DNA of 61,706 nt, the filler included. It is 5 parts of 5 records of this genome, joined end to end, with 100 filler letters (N's around TTAATTAATTAA, not from the genome) between each part and the next. Parts side by side here need not be neighbours in the genome. Positions count along the whole stretch, not along the records: positions 1 to 13,593 come from DRR723986_8366; positions 13,694 to 40,528 come from DRR723986_8368; 3 more parts are not named here. The stretch is one strand, 5' to 3'. The notes under the pieces were generated by a model, which had not been told where the DNA came from, did not search any database, and saw only the letters and a program-made list of their open reading frames with translations. This document shows, in pieces, positions 8,429 through 17,528 of this stretch. A program made the translations under genes and the position numbers. Each line of letters opens with the position of its first letter. Position 1 is the first letter of the stretch.

Positions 8429-9307
8429 TCAGGACTTCTCCGCCCATTTGCGCAGGCTCTCGTCCTTCGGGTTCTCCAGGACGATCTCCAACCGGACATA
8501 CAGATCGCCGGGCGACGTGGTTTTCACGCCCTTCCCCTTCAGCCGCAACTGAGCGCCTGTGTTGGAGCCGGCCGGGACTTTCAGCGTCACATGGCCCGAA
8601 GGCGTCTTCACTTCCACGCTGCCGCCGAGAACGGCCTCCTTGAGGCCGATGGGCAGCTTCATGCGAAGGTCTTTGCCTTCCCGCTCCCAGATCTTCGACG
8701 GGCGAACCTCGATCTCAAGCAGTGCGTCGCCGGGCGGGCCGCCATAAGGCGATTGCTGGCCCTGGCTTTTCAGGCGCAGTGTCTGCCCGGTGTCGATCCC
8801 GGCAGGAATGTTGACGTCCAGCGCCCGGCCATCGGCCATGGTCATGCGGCGGCGCGCGCCGAGCACGGCATCCTCGAAGTCCACCTGCACACGGTAGCGG
8901 ACATCCCGGCCCTTCTGCGGGCCTGGGCCGCCACGACGCGACCGGCCACCGCCGAACATGCCGGAGAGGATGTCTTCGAACGGGTCGCCCTGCGCGCCTT
9001 CGAAGGGGCTCTGGCCGGACGTGCTTTGCCAACGGAACCCGCCAGCACCACCCGGATGGCCACCGCCAGCAAAGCCGGTGGGATTGCCGTCGCCGTCAAT
9101 CTCGCCGCGGTCGAATTTCGCTTTCTTTTCCTTGTCGCCCAGAATCTCATAGGCCGACGAGACGCGTTTGAACTCCTCGGCCTTTTTCGGGTCGTCCTTG
9201 TGCTGGTCCGGATGCAAGGCTTTCGCCTTTGCCCGGTAAGCCTTCTTAATCTCGGCCTCCGTCGCCGAGCGCGGAACGCCGAGCACGATGTAGGGATCGA
9301 TGGCCAA
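8429..9307 (-). CDS. DnaJ-class co-chaperone (class B, CbpA-like, no zinc finger)
   Basis: J domain DPY..LHPD, G/F-rich linker, DnaJ_C domain. Probable TTG start at 9307 after AAGGA. Confidence 0.9.
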   Translation of the reverse strand: MAIDPYIVLGVPRSATEAEIKKAYRAKAKALHPDQHKDDPKKAEEFKRVSSAYEILGDKEKKAKFDRGEIDGDGNPTGFAGGGHPGGAGGFRWQSTSGQSPFEGAQGDPFEDILSGMFGGGRSRRGGPGPQKGRDVRYRVQVDFEDAVLGARRRMTMADGRALDVNIPAGIDTGQTLRLKSQGQQSPYGGPPGDALLEIEVRPSKIWEREGKDLRMKLPIGLKEAVLGGSVEVKTPSGHVTLKVPAGSNTGAQLRLKGKGVKTTSPGDLYVRLEIVLENPKDESLRKWAEKS

Positions 9308-9760
9308 GTGAGTCGGATCCTTCTGGTATTTCATTTGCTGACATACAGTTAGGGTGTCCCGAGGGGGATTGGAACCCACTTGCCACTGTGGCCATCTGCG
9401 CCGTTTTAGCCACGCGCGCTGCGATCGCGCCCTCGTCCCGGCTGCCCCGGTTCAGGCCGCCCGGATCGGTCAGTGCCACCATGGGTGGAGCCGATTTCGA
9501 CTCATGCCTGTTTTTCCCGGGATCCCGTTCCACGCCATGCCGCCGCATCCGCCTCCATCGTTTGATGGCGTGAAGTCAAGATGCGGCCAAACCCCGGGGA
9601 TTGGGATTCGAATTATCCAATAATTACAAAGGAAAACATGCTTATGGCGGCGGGACAGGCGCTGCTATTTCCCACAGCTCTGCGACGTTCTGGCGTAGCC
9701 ATCAGGAGCCAAATCTGCTTTGTCTTTAGCTTCCGTTTTGAGGGGTCGAGGAGCTGAAGA

Positions 9761-10645
9761 ATGTCGGCGCGTGTGATTTCTATTGCCAATTCCAAGGGTG
9801 GCGTCGGCAAGACCACAACCACTGTCAGCCTGGCTGAAGCCTTTGCGGCTGAAGGCCGCCGCGTCCTGGTCGTCGACCTCGATACGCAGGCTAACGCCTC
9901 CCTGCTGGTCTTCGGGAATGAGGGCGACGAACACCTGTTCCAGGCCATTAATGACTACGCCACAATCTCCGACTGGCTGCTGGAGAATTTCGAGGCGAAC
10001 GAGCAGAAGCGGCTGGAAGAGTACATCGTCACCGATGCCTCCGACGTGACCGCGGGCGGCAAGCCGCTGCCGCTGGACCTGATCCCGTCGAGCCCGCGCC
10101 TGCGCAAAACCGAGAAAGAGCTGATCTATCACCTCACCGAGCAGGGCTATTCCATGGAAGCCCTGGAGAACCAGGTCGGCAGGCGCCTGCGCGACGATTT
10201 CAACCTGCTCAAGGCGAAGTATGACGTCATCCTGTGCGACTGCCCGCCTGGTATTTCCACGATGACGGAATCTGTCCTCGCCGCCAGCCACCTCGTGATC
10301 GTGCCGACCATTCCGGACTTCATGTCCACGCTTGGCCTCGACCTCTTCACCGGCGACGTGATGACCAATCTGCGCGAACGCGACGTGAAAAAGCTCCCCA
10401 TGGTGCTGGCGACCCGGTATGACAATTCTCAACACCAGCAGGTCGTGCTGAACGCGATGCGCGAAGCGGCAGCTGCCCAGGAAGCCGAGTTCACCATGTT
10501 CAAGACGGTCATCCCGATGAAGTCCGGCTTTGCCACCAACCCGATCGAGCTTGGCCCCGAGCCGACGATCGAGGCGAAATGGTCTGGCGGTGCGCTGCCG
10601 GTGATCAAGGACCTGCTGGCCGAAGTGAAGGCGGCGCTGGCATGA
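9761..10645 (+). CDS. ParA/Soj-family ATPase (orphan)
   Basis: Deviant Walker A KGGVGKTT, VDLDTQAN, DCPPG; SD GAGGAG. Confidence 0.93.
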   Translation: MSARVISIANSKGGVGKTTTTVSLAEAFAAEGRRVLVVDLDTQANASLLVFGNEGDEHLFQAINDYATISDWLLENFEANEQKRLEEYIVTDASDVTAGGKPLPLDLIPSSPRLRKTEKELIYHLTEQGYSMEALENQVGRRLRDDFNLLKAKYDVILCDCPPGISTMTESVLAASHLVIVPTIPDFMSTLGLDLFTGDVMTNLRERDVKKLPMVLATRYDNSQHQQVVLNAMREAAAAQEAEFTMFKTVIPMKSGFATNPIELGPEPTIEAKWSGGALPVIKDLLAEVKAALA

Positions 10646-11118
10646 GCGGCGACGCACACAAGGCCGGCGCCGAAGCGCTGACAGCCCTGCTGAACCAGGC
10701 CTTCAGCGCGCTGGGCGAAAAGGAATACGCCGCCGCCGCAGGCCTGCTGACCAAGAAGCTGATGATCTCCGCCGGGCAGACCATTGAGGTCATGCGCGCC
10801 TTGCGCGATGCCGTCGGCAAGGACATCTTCGAAGCCCAGCTCAAATCGCTGACGGCGCACCAGGCCCGCCTGCTCGCCCGCCGCCTCGACAAGACCGTCC
10901 CGGACATCGAAGTCTCCACCGCCGGCGCCGCCTGCGCCTGGATCCGCGACCTGATGGACGGCAAGACGCCGGTCACCGAGGCCCCCGCCGAAGAACCGGC
11001 TGTCGAAACACCCGCAGAAGCAGAAACCGAAGCCGAACCCCCGGCTGAACCGGAAGCGCCAAAGCCCGCTTCCTCCGGTTCCTACTTCGGCCGCAAGAGC
11101 TTCCGCACCGGGAACTAG
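10642..11118 (+). CDS. Hypothetical protein coupled to ParA
   Basis: ATGA overlap with the parA stop; GC3-rich codons; helical N-part and a Pro/Glu-rich tail. Confidence 0.75.
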   Translation: MSGDAHKAGAEALTALLNQAFSALGEKEYAAAAGLLTKKLMISAGQTIEVMRALRDAVGKDIFEAQLKSLTAHQARLLARRLDKTVPDIEVSTAGAACAWIRDLMDGKTPVTEAPAEEPAVETPAEAETEAEPPAEPEAPKPASSGSYFGRKSFRTGN

Positions 11119-11123
11119 GCGGC

Positions 11124-11189
11124 TCACAACTGGCGCACGCCCAGCGCGGCCTCGTCGAGCATCAGTGCCCAGACGGCCCAGACCAGTGC
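11124..11189 (-). pseudogene. Possible 3' remnant of a GTA/phage terminase large subunit gene
   Basis: Translates as ALVWAVWALMLDEAALGVRQL*, resembling the (SPDRxD)ALVWAxxxLML...VRxL C-terminus of RcGTA-like terminases. Short match. Confidence 0.4.
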
Positions 11190-11234
11190 GGAAGCCTGGT
11201 GCTGAACTGTGCCTGAAGGATCGAGGGCGCGAAT

Positions 11235-13040
11235 TCAGCTCATCTCCTGCACGCCCGCAATACACTGCGAGGGGCAAGGGTCAGAGGTCGGGTCCGTCAC
11301 CTCGCCGGTCTTCTCAATGGCCGATTTCGCACAATCATAGTCGAGATCCACGATGGCATCGAACTGATTGAGATAGACCTTGCCGGTCAGATCATCCAGG
11401 AAATGCGTGCGTTTCAGCCGGTCCATCACCGGTCCCTTCACTTCGCTGAGGTGCAGGGTGACGCCGGCATCCTTCAGGCGCCGGTTGATGGCTTCGAGGC
11501 TTTCCAGGCCGCTGACATCGATATGGTTCACCGCCGGACACATCAGGACAATGTGCTCGACGTCCGGCCGGTTCCCGAGGACACAGTAGACCGTATCCTC
11601 CAGGAAGCGGGCATTGGCAAAGTAGAGGCTTTCGTCAATCCGTATCGTGACGATGTGCTTCGGGATCACAACGGCATGCCGGTTCACATTGCGGAAATGG
11701 TGGGTGCCCGGCACCTGCCCCACAATCGCAAAGTGCGGCTTGGAGGTGACATAGAGGTGCAGGCCGATCGACACGATGATGCCGGTCGTCACGCCCAGCT
11801 CCACGCCGGCCAGCAGCGTCACGAGGATCGTGCCCAGCATGGCGGCAAAGTCCCGCTTCGAATAGCTGAGCGTGTGGACGAGTTTCTTGAGGTCAACGAG
11901 GCCCAGCACGGCGACGATCACCGTCGCGGCCAGAACGGCTTGCGGAAGGTTGTAGAGCAGCGGCGTCAGGAACAGTGCGGCAAGCGCGATGCCGACAGCG
12001 GTGAAGGCCCCGGCCGCCGGCGTCTCGGCGCCCGCGTCGAAGTTCACGGCGGAGCGGGCAAAGCCCCCGGTCACCGGATAGCCGCCGGAGAAACCTGCCC
12101 CGAGGCTGGCGGCGCCGAGCGCGATCAGTTCCTGGTCCGGGTCGATCCGCTGGCGGCGCTTGGCGGCCAGCGTCTGCGCCATGGAGACCGATTCAATAAA
12201 GCTGATCATCGCTATCAGCGCGGAGGAGCCAAGCAGCGAGCGCCAGAGGCCGGGGTCGAAATCCGGCACAGTCAGGCCCGGCAGGCCCTTCGGAATGTCG
12301 CCGACAATGCTCACGCCCTTGGCTTCCAGCCCGAAGGCCGTCACGGCCACACCGCCCAGCGCCACGGCCAGCACCGGGCCGGACCGGGCCAGCGTGCCCG
12401 CGATATGCTCCTTCAGGCCCAGTGCCAGCAACAAGGGCTTCAGGCCTTTCCTTGCCCAGAACAGGAAAGCCACCGCCGGGGCGCCGATGGAGACCGTGTA
12501 CCAGTTCACATCGACAAGGTGGCTGATGATGCTGGCCAGCGTCTCGATGATGTTGTGCCCGCTCGCCTGCACGCCCAGCAGGTATTTCAGCTGGCTGACG
12601 GCAATCAGGATGCCCGTCGCGGTGACAAAGCCGGAGACGACCGGATGGCTCAGGAAATTAGCAAGGAAGCCCAGCCGGAAGACGCCCATAACCACCAGCA
12701 TCAGGCCGGAGAGGATGGCCAGGATGATGGCGGCGGTCAGGTATTCCGGCGTGCCCTGCTCGGCCACCTTGCCCGCAGCGACGGCCGTCATCAGCGACAG
12801 GATCGCCACCGGCCCGACCGCCATCGTCCGGCTGGTGCCGAAAATGGCGTAGATCACCAGCGGCAGGATGGAGGCGTAGAGCCCCACCTGCGGCGGCAGC
12901 CCCGCCAGCATCGCATAAGCCAGCGATTGCGGGATCAGCATGACCGTCACGATCACCGCCGCCACCATGTCATTGGTGAACGTGCCGCCATTATAGGTAC
13001 GGCCCCATTGAAGAATGGGCAGGTGATCAGACAGTTTCAC
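11235..13040 (-). CDS. SulP-family sulfate/anion permease with STAS domain
   Basis: LIPQSLAYAMLAGLPPQVGLYAS, PVTGGFARSAVN, STAS RIDESLYFANA. Confidence 0.95.
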   Translation of the reverse strand: MKLSDHLPILQWGRTYNGGTFTNDMVAAVIVTVMLIPQSLAYAMLAGLPPQVGLYASILPLVIYAIFGTSRTMAVGPVAILSLMTAVAAGKVAEQGTPEYLTAAIILAILSGLMLVVMGVFRLGFLANFLSHPVVSGFVTATGILIAVSQLKYLLGVQASGHNIIETLASIISHLVDVNWYTVSIGAPAVAFLFWARKGLKPLLLALGLKEHIAGTLARSGPVLAVALGGVAVTAFGLEAKGVSIVGDIPKGLPGLTVPDFDPGLWRSLLGSSALIAMISFIESVSMAQTLAAKRRQRIDPDQELIALGAASLGAGFSGGYPVTGGFARSAVNFDAGAETPAAGAFTAVGIALAALFLTPLLYNLPQAVLAATVIVAVLGLVDLKKLVHTLSYSKRDFAAMLGTILVTLLAGVELGVTTGIIVSIGLHLYVTSKPHFAIVGQVPGTHHFRNVNRHAVVIPKHIVTIRIDESLYFANARFLEDTVYCVLGNRPDVEHIVLMCPAVNHIDVSGLESLEAINRRLKDAGVTLHLSEVKGPVMDRLKRTHFLDDLTGKVYLNQFDAIVDLDYDCAKSAIEKTGEVTDPTSDPCPSQCIAGVQEMS

Positions 13041-13067
13041 GCGTTCAGCCCCCGGCTTTTCCCGGCA

Positions 13068-13592
13068 CTATAGAGCGTTCAGCGGAATTTTCAGATAGCT
13101 GGTGCCGTTATCGTCCGGCTCCGGCATCTGGCCGGCGCGCATGTTGATCTGGATCGAGGGCAGGATCAGCCGCGGCATGTCCAGCGTCGCGTCCCGCGCT
13201 TCGCGCATGGCGACGAACTCGTCCTCGGTGACCCCGTCATGGACGTGGACATTATTTGCCCGCTCCTCGGCGACCGTCGTCTCCCATTTGTACTCGTCCC
13301 GGCCGGGCGCCTTGTAGTCATGGCACATGAACAGGCGGGTTTCAGGCGGCAGGCTCAGCACTTTCCTGATCGAACGGTAGAGCGTCCTGGCGTCTCCGCC
13401 GGGAAAGTCCGCCCGGGCGGTGCCATAGTCCGGCATGAACATGGTATCGCCCACAAAAGCCGCGTCGCCGACAACATAGGTCATGCAGGCCGGCGTGTGG
13501 CCGGGCGTGTGCATGGTATGGGCCTCGATGCTCCCGATACGGAACGTATCGTCGTCCACCATCAGCTTGTCGAACTGGCTGCCGTCGCGCTG
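13068..13592 (-). CDS. MBL-fold persulfide dioxygenase (ETHE1/Sdo/Blh-like), 5'-truncated
   Basis: RDGSQFD, HTPGHTPAC, GDTMFMPDYGTARADFPGG, MCHDY, LKIPLN. Confidence 0.9.
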   Translation of the reverse strand, partial: QRDGSQFDKLMVDDDTFRIGSIEAHTMHTPGHTPACMTYVVGDAAFVGDTMFMPDYGTARADFPGGDARTLYRSIRKVLSLPPETRLFMCHDYKAPGRDEYKWETTVAEERANNVHVHDGVTEDEFVAMREARDATLDMPRLILPSIQINMRAGQMPEPDDNGTSYLKIPLNAL

Positions 13593-13593
13593 G

Positions 13594-13693
13594 NNNNNNN
13601 NNNNNNNNNNNNNNNNNNNNNNNNNNNNNNNNNNNNNTTAATTAATTAANNNNNNNNNNNNNNNNNNNNNNNNNNNNNNNNNNNNNNNNNNNN
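13594..13693. other. Artificial contig spacer
   Basis: 44 N + TTAATTAATTAA + 44 N. Confidence 0.99.
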
Positions 13694-13694
13694 T

Positions 13695-14759
13695 GATGAC
13701 GAAGAATCTGACGAAGTCGACTCGGCTGAGAAGGCACGGGAAACCCCGCGATGGGCAAGCGACGCTGCGACGCCACTACCGGAGCAACTCTATGATGTGT
13801 TCAATACGGGAGACCGTTTGATCGCAGTTTGTCGAACGGACATTTACGAGCATCCACTATCAGACTTGAAACTGGTAGAGCAAAAGCCCAACTTCCTCGG
13901 GATGAAGATCCCTTGGATGAAGGAAGCCAGCTTCAAAAAAGTTACCCCCGAGGATTACGCCCCCGACCGCGGTGTGTCGTCCTGCCTTTCACAGGATCGC
14001 AAGTACCTTGCCACCTACTCCGGCGGCGTCATCTCGATCATGGTGTGTGATGGGCCCAAGTACGCGATCGAAACGACGCGTGAGCTCGAACCGGAAAAGG
14101 ATGAAGACAGCGATGATGCGCTCGACACCGGTGCTGGCAACGAATCAGCACTGCTGCTGCTAAATGGTCAGCACTGCGTCATTGCACGGGCCGGATCGCC
14201 GATTCAAGTATTAGATCGTGAACTGAAACTGCTCCACAGCGTCCCAATCCCAGACGGAGGTGAGCCACGCCAATTGCACTGGATGGGTGAAACGCAACAA
14301 GCCGCCATTCTGACCCATTCTGGCGAATGCTATAAACTCGACGCTGCTGCAGGCACGATTTCCGAGCTTGCACTTCCCATTGCAGGTGATGTTACCGCGA
14401 TGAATTGGCTCGATCAATCGAAAGCCTGGGTTGTGACCAAGCCAGCCAATGCCTACCTGGTTGACGTAGCGGGCGGAGAAATCATCGAGAAGAGACTCCC
14501 CCAATCGACGACTTGGTATTCAATTTTCCGCTGGGTTGTTCGACCGATCTACTACGTCAATCCTAAGCCTGCCGCACTCGACAACGCGATGAATTACTTC
14601 TTGAGTGGAAACAAGACCCAGTCTCTTTCCATCGTGGCCAACGACTTAGAAGAAGCTCAAGTTGAATTCGACGTATGGCAACCGATCGTTTCCAACACCG
14701 CCTTTGTTGTGTTTATGCTTGCCGTCGGCAGCATCTACGTGCTTCGTCGCGAATACTAA
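13695..14759 (+). CDS. Membrane protein, 5'-truncated; beta-propeller-like region plus C-terminal TM (possibly an ABC permease C-terminus)
   Basis: Frame is open from the contig start; beta-rich repeats; C-terminal TM ending LRREY. Confidence 0.6.
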   Translation, partial: DDEESDEVDSAEKARETPRWASDAATPLPEQLYDVFNTGDRLIAVCRTDIYEHPLSDLKLVEQKPNFLGMKIPWMKEASFKKVTPEDYAPDRGVSSCLSQDRKYLATYSGGVISIMVCDGPKYAIETTRELEPEKDEDSDDALDTGAGNESALLLLNGQHCVIARAGSPIQVLDRELKLLHSVPIPDGGEPRQLHWMGETQQAAILTHSGECYKLDAAAGTISELALPIAGDVTAMNWLDQSKAWVVTKPANAYLVDVAGGEIIEKRLPQSTTWYSIFRWVVRPIYYVNPKPAALDNAMNYFLSGNKTQSLSIVANDLEEAQVEFDVWQPIVSNTAFVVFMLAVGSIYVLRREY

Positions 14760-14870
14760 GGAGTTGTTTGCCAAGACTTTCTACTTCAAGCGTAGGCAGA
14801 CTGCATATTCGCCGTAAGAATCATTGCAACCCATAGAACCTGACCTTAGCCCCGCGATCCGCGGCCGGGA

Positions 14871-14955
14871 TCGGCATTCCCGCAATCGCCCCTTTGACTG
14901 GTTGTCTAAGGTATTGCAAGTTTGCGGGACGGTTTTCTTTCGACCGCCAATTACC
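14871..14955 (-). ncRNA. Candidate structured RNA resembling a c-di-GMP-I aptamer
   Basis: Minus strand reads GGTAATT-GGCGGTC GAAA GAAAACCGTC-CCGCAAA-CTTGCAAT..CCTTAG..CAAAGG..ATTGCGGG-AATGCCGA. Confidence 0.25.
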
Positions 14956-15012
14956 ACGCCCAGCCCCGCGTCGTTCTTGACGACGCGCCGATCTCGTTCG
15001 GAATAGTCGGAA

Positions 15013-16113
15013 ATGTTTTCCAATCACTCGCGACGACAGCACTTACACGGAGCCCTTAGTGGAGCCGCCATTGGTGATGCCCTTGGTCACCCACGCTGTG
15101 GACTTTCGCGATCAGCGGCTCTCGGTACCTATGGGCCGGCAAAACTTGCGTATCAATCAGCCCTTGGCGGTGTCTATTCTTGTGACACGCACCTGATGCT
15201 GATGATCGCTCAGGCGACGCTCAACTCTCGCTCTGACACTCGCGGTTTTCGGCGAGCGTTCCGCTGGCGATTGAGCATGTACCCGCTTAGCGGACCAAAA
15301 TGCCACTGGTTCATGTTACGGCCTGCTGCACGGAGCTGGCTGGCACGATTTGGAGTTACCAGTGGCGTTGCGGTCGACAATAACGTGGTTGCAGCAACCG
15401 TCGTCTTCGAGACGCTGGCCGTCCACGGCTCAGGTCACCGAACAGAACGATGGGCCGAAGACACTGCGAAACTGATTTCGATCGATCCGCAAGTTCTCGA
15501 CTGCGCCAAGATGTTATCGCGAGCCATCGCTTACGCGGCCCTTCTGAAAGAGGAAGAGTTCTCTGCGGAGAAGGCTCTCCAGGCGGCCGCAGACGGCTGT
15601 GCAACCGGCGAGCTGAAGGACAAAGTAGAACGACTCGGCGAATTCCTTCGCAGCAATACTTCACCTGCGGATGTGGCCGACGAGTTCGGGTGGAGCAAGG
15701 GGATTTCTTCGGCGATGCTCCCGCTTGCCGTCATGAGCCTTTACTGCTGGCTTCGATCACCTGACAACTTCGAAGGTGCCGTTCTACCTGCGATTGATTT
15801 GGGCGGTGATACCGCTTCCCTTGGTGCCACTACGGGCGCTTTGGTAGGTGGCTGCAAAGGCATTGATGCAATCCCGGAAAAGCTACGCGAGAAACTCGGT
15901 GGCACGCCACACAACTCGGACTGGATCGAAAAAATGGCAGCTCGACTGTCACACTGGCCACACGGCGAGCACGATCTGCACGCCGCGCCAGCTCAGCCAT
16001 CTGATCCGCTGATGCAAATCATCCGAAACAAATTCGTCTGGTTGCGATACGCGATCGCGCGAGTCGGCAGAATGCCCCGTCGCCTTGGTGGGCGGTCACG
16101 CTCGGCCAGCTAA
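15013..16113 (+). CDS. ADP-ribosylglycohydrolase family protein (degenerate motifs)
   Basis: GAAIGDALG and GGDTASLGATTGALVG...GIDAIP. Confidence 0.85.
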   Translation: MFSNHSRRQHLHGALSGAAIGDALGHPRCGLSRSAALGTYGPAKLAYQSALGGVYSCDTHLMLMIAQATLNSRSDTRGFRRAFRWRLSMYPLSGPKCHWFMLRPAARSWLARFGVTSGVAVDNNVVAATVVFETLAVHGSGHRTERWAEDTAKLISIDPQVLDCAKMLSRAIAYAALLKEEEFSAEKALQAAADGCATGELKDKVERLGEFLRSNTSPADVADEFGWSKGISSAMLPLAVMSLYCWLRSPDNFEGAVLPAIDLGGDTASLGATTGALVGGCKGIDAIPEKLREKLGGTPHNSDWIEKMAARLSHWPHGEHDLHAAPAQPSDPLMQIIRNKFVWLRYAIARVGRMPRRLGGRSRSAS

Positions 16114-16227
16114 GCCGTCCCGCTCTACCAGCTTAGGCTTCGCTGCAGAGCGTTTATCTAGATTGCGAGCCGTAACCTACAGACAGCATCTTCCTGCACG
16201 CCGAGCCTATTGTGTCTCGACGTGGCG

Positions 16228-16857
16228 TTATGCCCCGAACTGACGTTTGTAGATAGCCTGAATCAGCGTCTCGGTATCCTTCGCCTTCGCCCCGGCAGCC
16301 AGTGCGTTCTCGATCAACTGCCTAGCATCCGACTCGCCGTGCCCAAGGGCCAGCAGTGCCTGATAAGTGTCCTCGACAACACCGTCGGCCACGTCGCCAG
16401 TCTTGGGAGCATCGCGTCTGACCAAGAGCGCAAACTTGGGCATCTTTCGCCGGAGTTTCGCGATGATTCTTTCCGCTGTAGCTGGGCCGATTCCGGGCAA
16501 TCCTGACAAGCCCTTAGCATCCTGCTGTTCAATCATGACAGCCGTATCTTGCACGGGCTGCGTCATCGCTCGCAGGGCTTTCTTGACTCCGACACCATCG
16601 ACGGAACAGAACAATTCAAAAAAGTCCCGCTCGGGAGTACTTAGAAAACCAACCAACTTGGGCGTTAGCCTACCGCCGCTGGTTACATTGCCGTCCAGGT
16701 AATGCAACGTGTGCAGGGATACATCGCCGTCCAGAGAGCTTTGCAAGTGCCGCCGCGCGTACTCCGCAATCAGAACTTGATATTCCATCGGAGGCACCGA
16801 CAGCGTGGCCGCTTCATCAGTGAGTGCGACGAGCTTCCCGGTAATCTTTGTAATCAT
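16228..16857 (-). CDS. ruvA: Holliday junction branch migration protein RuvA
   Basis: MITKITGKL, HhH motifs VDGVGVKKA and LPGIGPATAERII, C-terminal domain III. Confidence 0.95.
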   Translation of the reverse strand: MITKITGKLVALTDEAATLSVPPMEYQVLIAEYARRHLQSSLDGDVSLHTLHYLDGNVTSGGRLTPKLVGFLSTPERDFFELFCSVDGVGVKKALRAMTQPVQDTAVMIEQQDAKGLSGLPGIGPATAERIIAKLRRKMPKFALLVRRDAPKTGDVADGVVEDTYQALLALGHGESDARQLIENALAAGAKAKDTETLIQAIYKRQFGA

Positions 16858-16921
16858 GTAGTCAATCTAGTGTGATGACGAGGGAGTTTGCGGTCAGGTT
16901 TTCTCGCTTGGAGCCGAGGAT

Positions 16922-17476
16922 CTATATCTGTTCCAGGCTGGACAAATCCGCCGCAGACACCTGCAGGCTGGCTGTCGAGATCGACGGGAACGCCAACGAC
17001 GTCGACCAGTAAGTGAGTGCAATTGCCAACGCGTCGGCGACATCGGCTGGCTCCGGGATCTCCTTCAGGCCCAATTGCTGCTTAACAGCAAATTGCATCT
17101 GCCCCTTGGGAGCTCGCCCGTTGCCGGTCAAGGTTTTCTTGATTTTCGTCGCCGCATAGGAGTGCGTTTGCAAGCCCGCTTGGGCGGCAGCAAGCATGAT
17201 TGCGCCGCGGGCATGCCCCATCAGAATCGCTGTGGTAGGGCGTTCATAGTGCGAATACAACTGCTCGATTGCGAAAACATCGGGCTTGAAATCGGCGATC
17301 ACGCCAGCGATACCTTCGTGCAGTTCCAACAGGCGCTCTTCTAAAGGCTTCTGGCGGCTGCATCGAATGACACCAGCATCTACCACGCTCAGATCAGTCC
17401 CCTGAGCTAAGATGACTCCGTAGCCGGTTGTCCCAAGTGCGGGGTCAATTCCCAAAATTGTGGTAGAGCTTGCCAT
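16922..17476 (-). CDS. ruvC: Crossover junction endodeoxyribonuclease RuvC
   Basis: ILGIDP..TGYG, TGNGRAPKGQM, DVADALAIA. Confidence 0.97.
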   Translation of the reverse strand: MASSTTILGIDPALGTTGYGVILAQGTDLSVVDAGVIRCSRQKPLEERLLELHEGIAGVIADFKPDVFAIEQLYSHYERPTTAILMGHARGAIMLAAAQAGLQTHSYAATKIKKTLTGNGRAPKGQMQFAVKQQLGLKEIPEPADVADALAIALTYWSTSLAFPSISTASLQVSAADLSSLEQI

Positions 17477-17528
17477 GCGAATCCGTTCGGCTCGGGTGAA
17501 GGTAGTGGGTTCGATAGATCAGCGTGCG

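Noticed and set aside
9380-9760. Several short inverted repeats between dnaJ and parA
   Set aside because: Expected by chance in GC-rich DNA; I recognised no RNA family, CIRCE or parS consensus.
11403-13073. Long antisense ORFs (for example 11403-13073, 8348-9352, 53172-54557)
   Set aside because: Shadow frames of real high-GC3 genes on the opposite strand.
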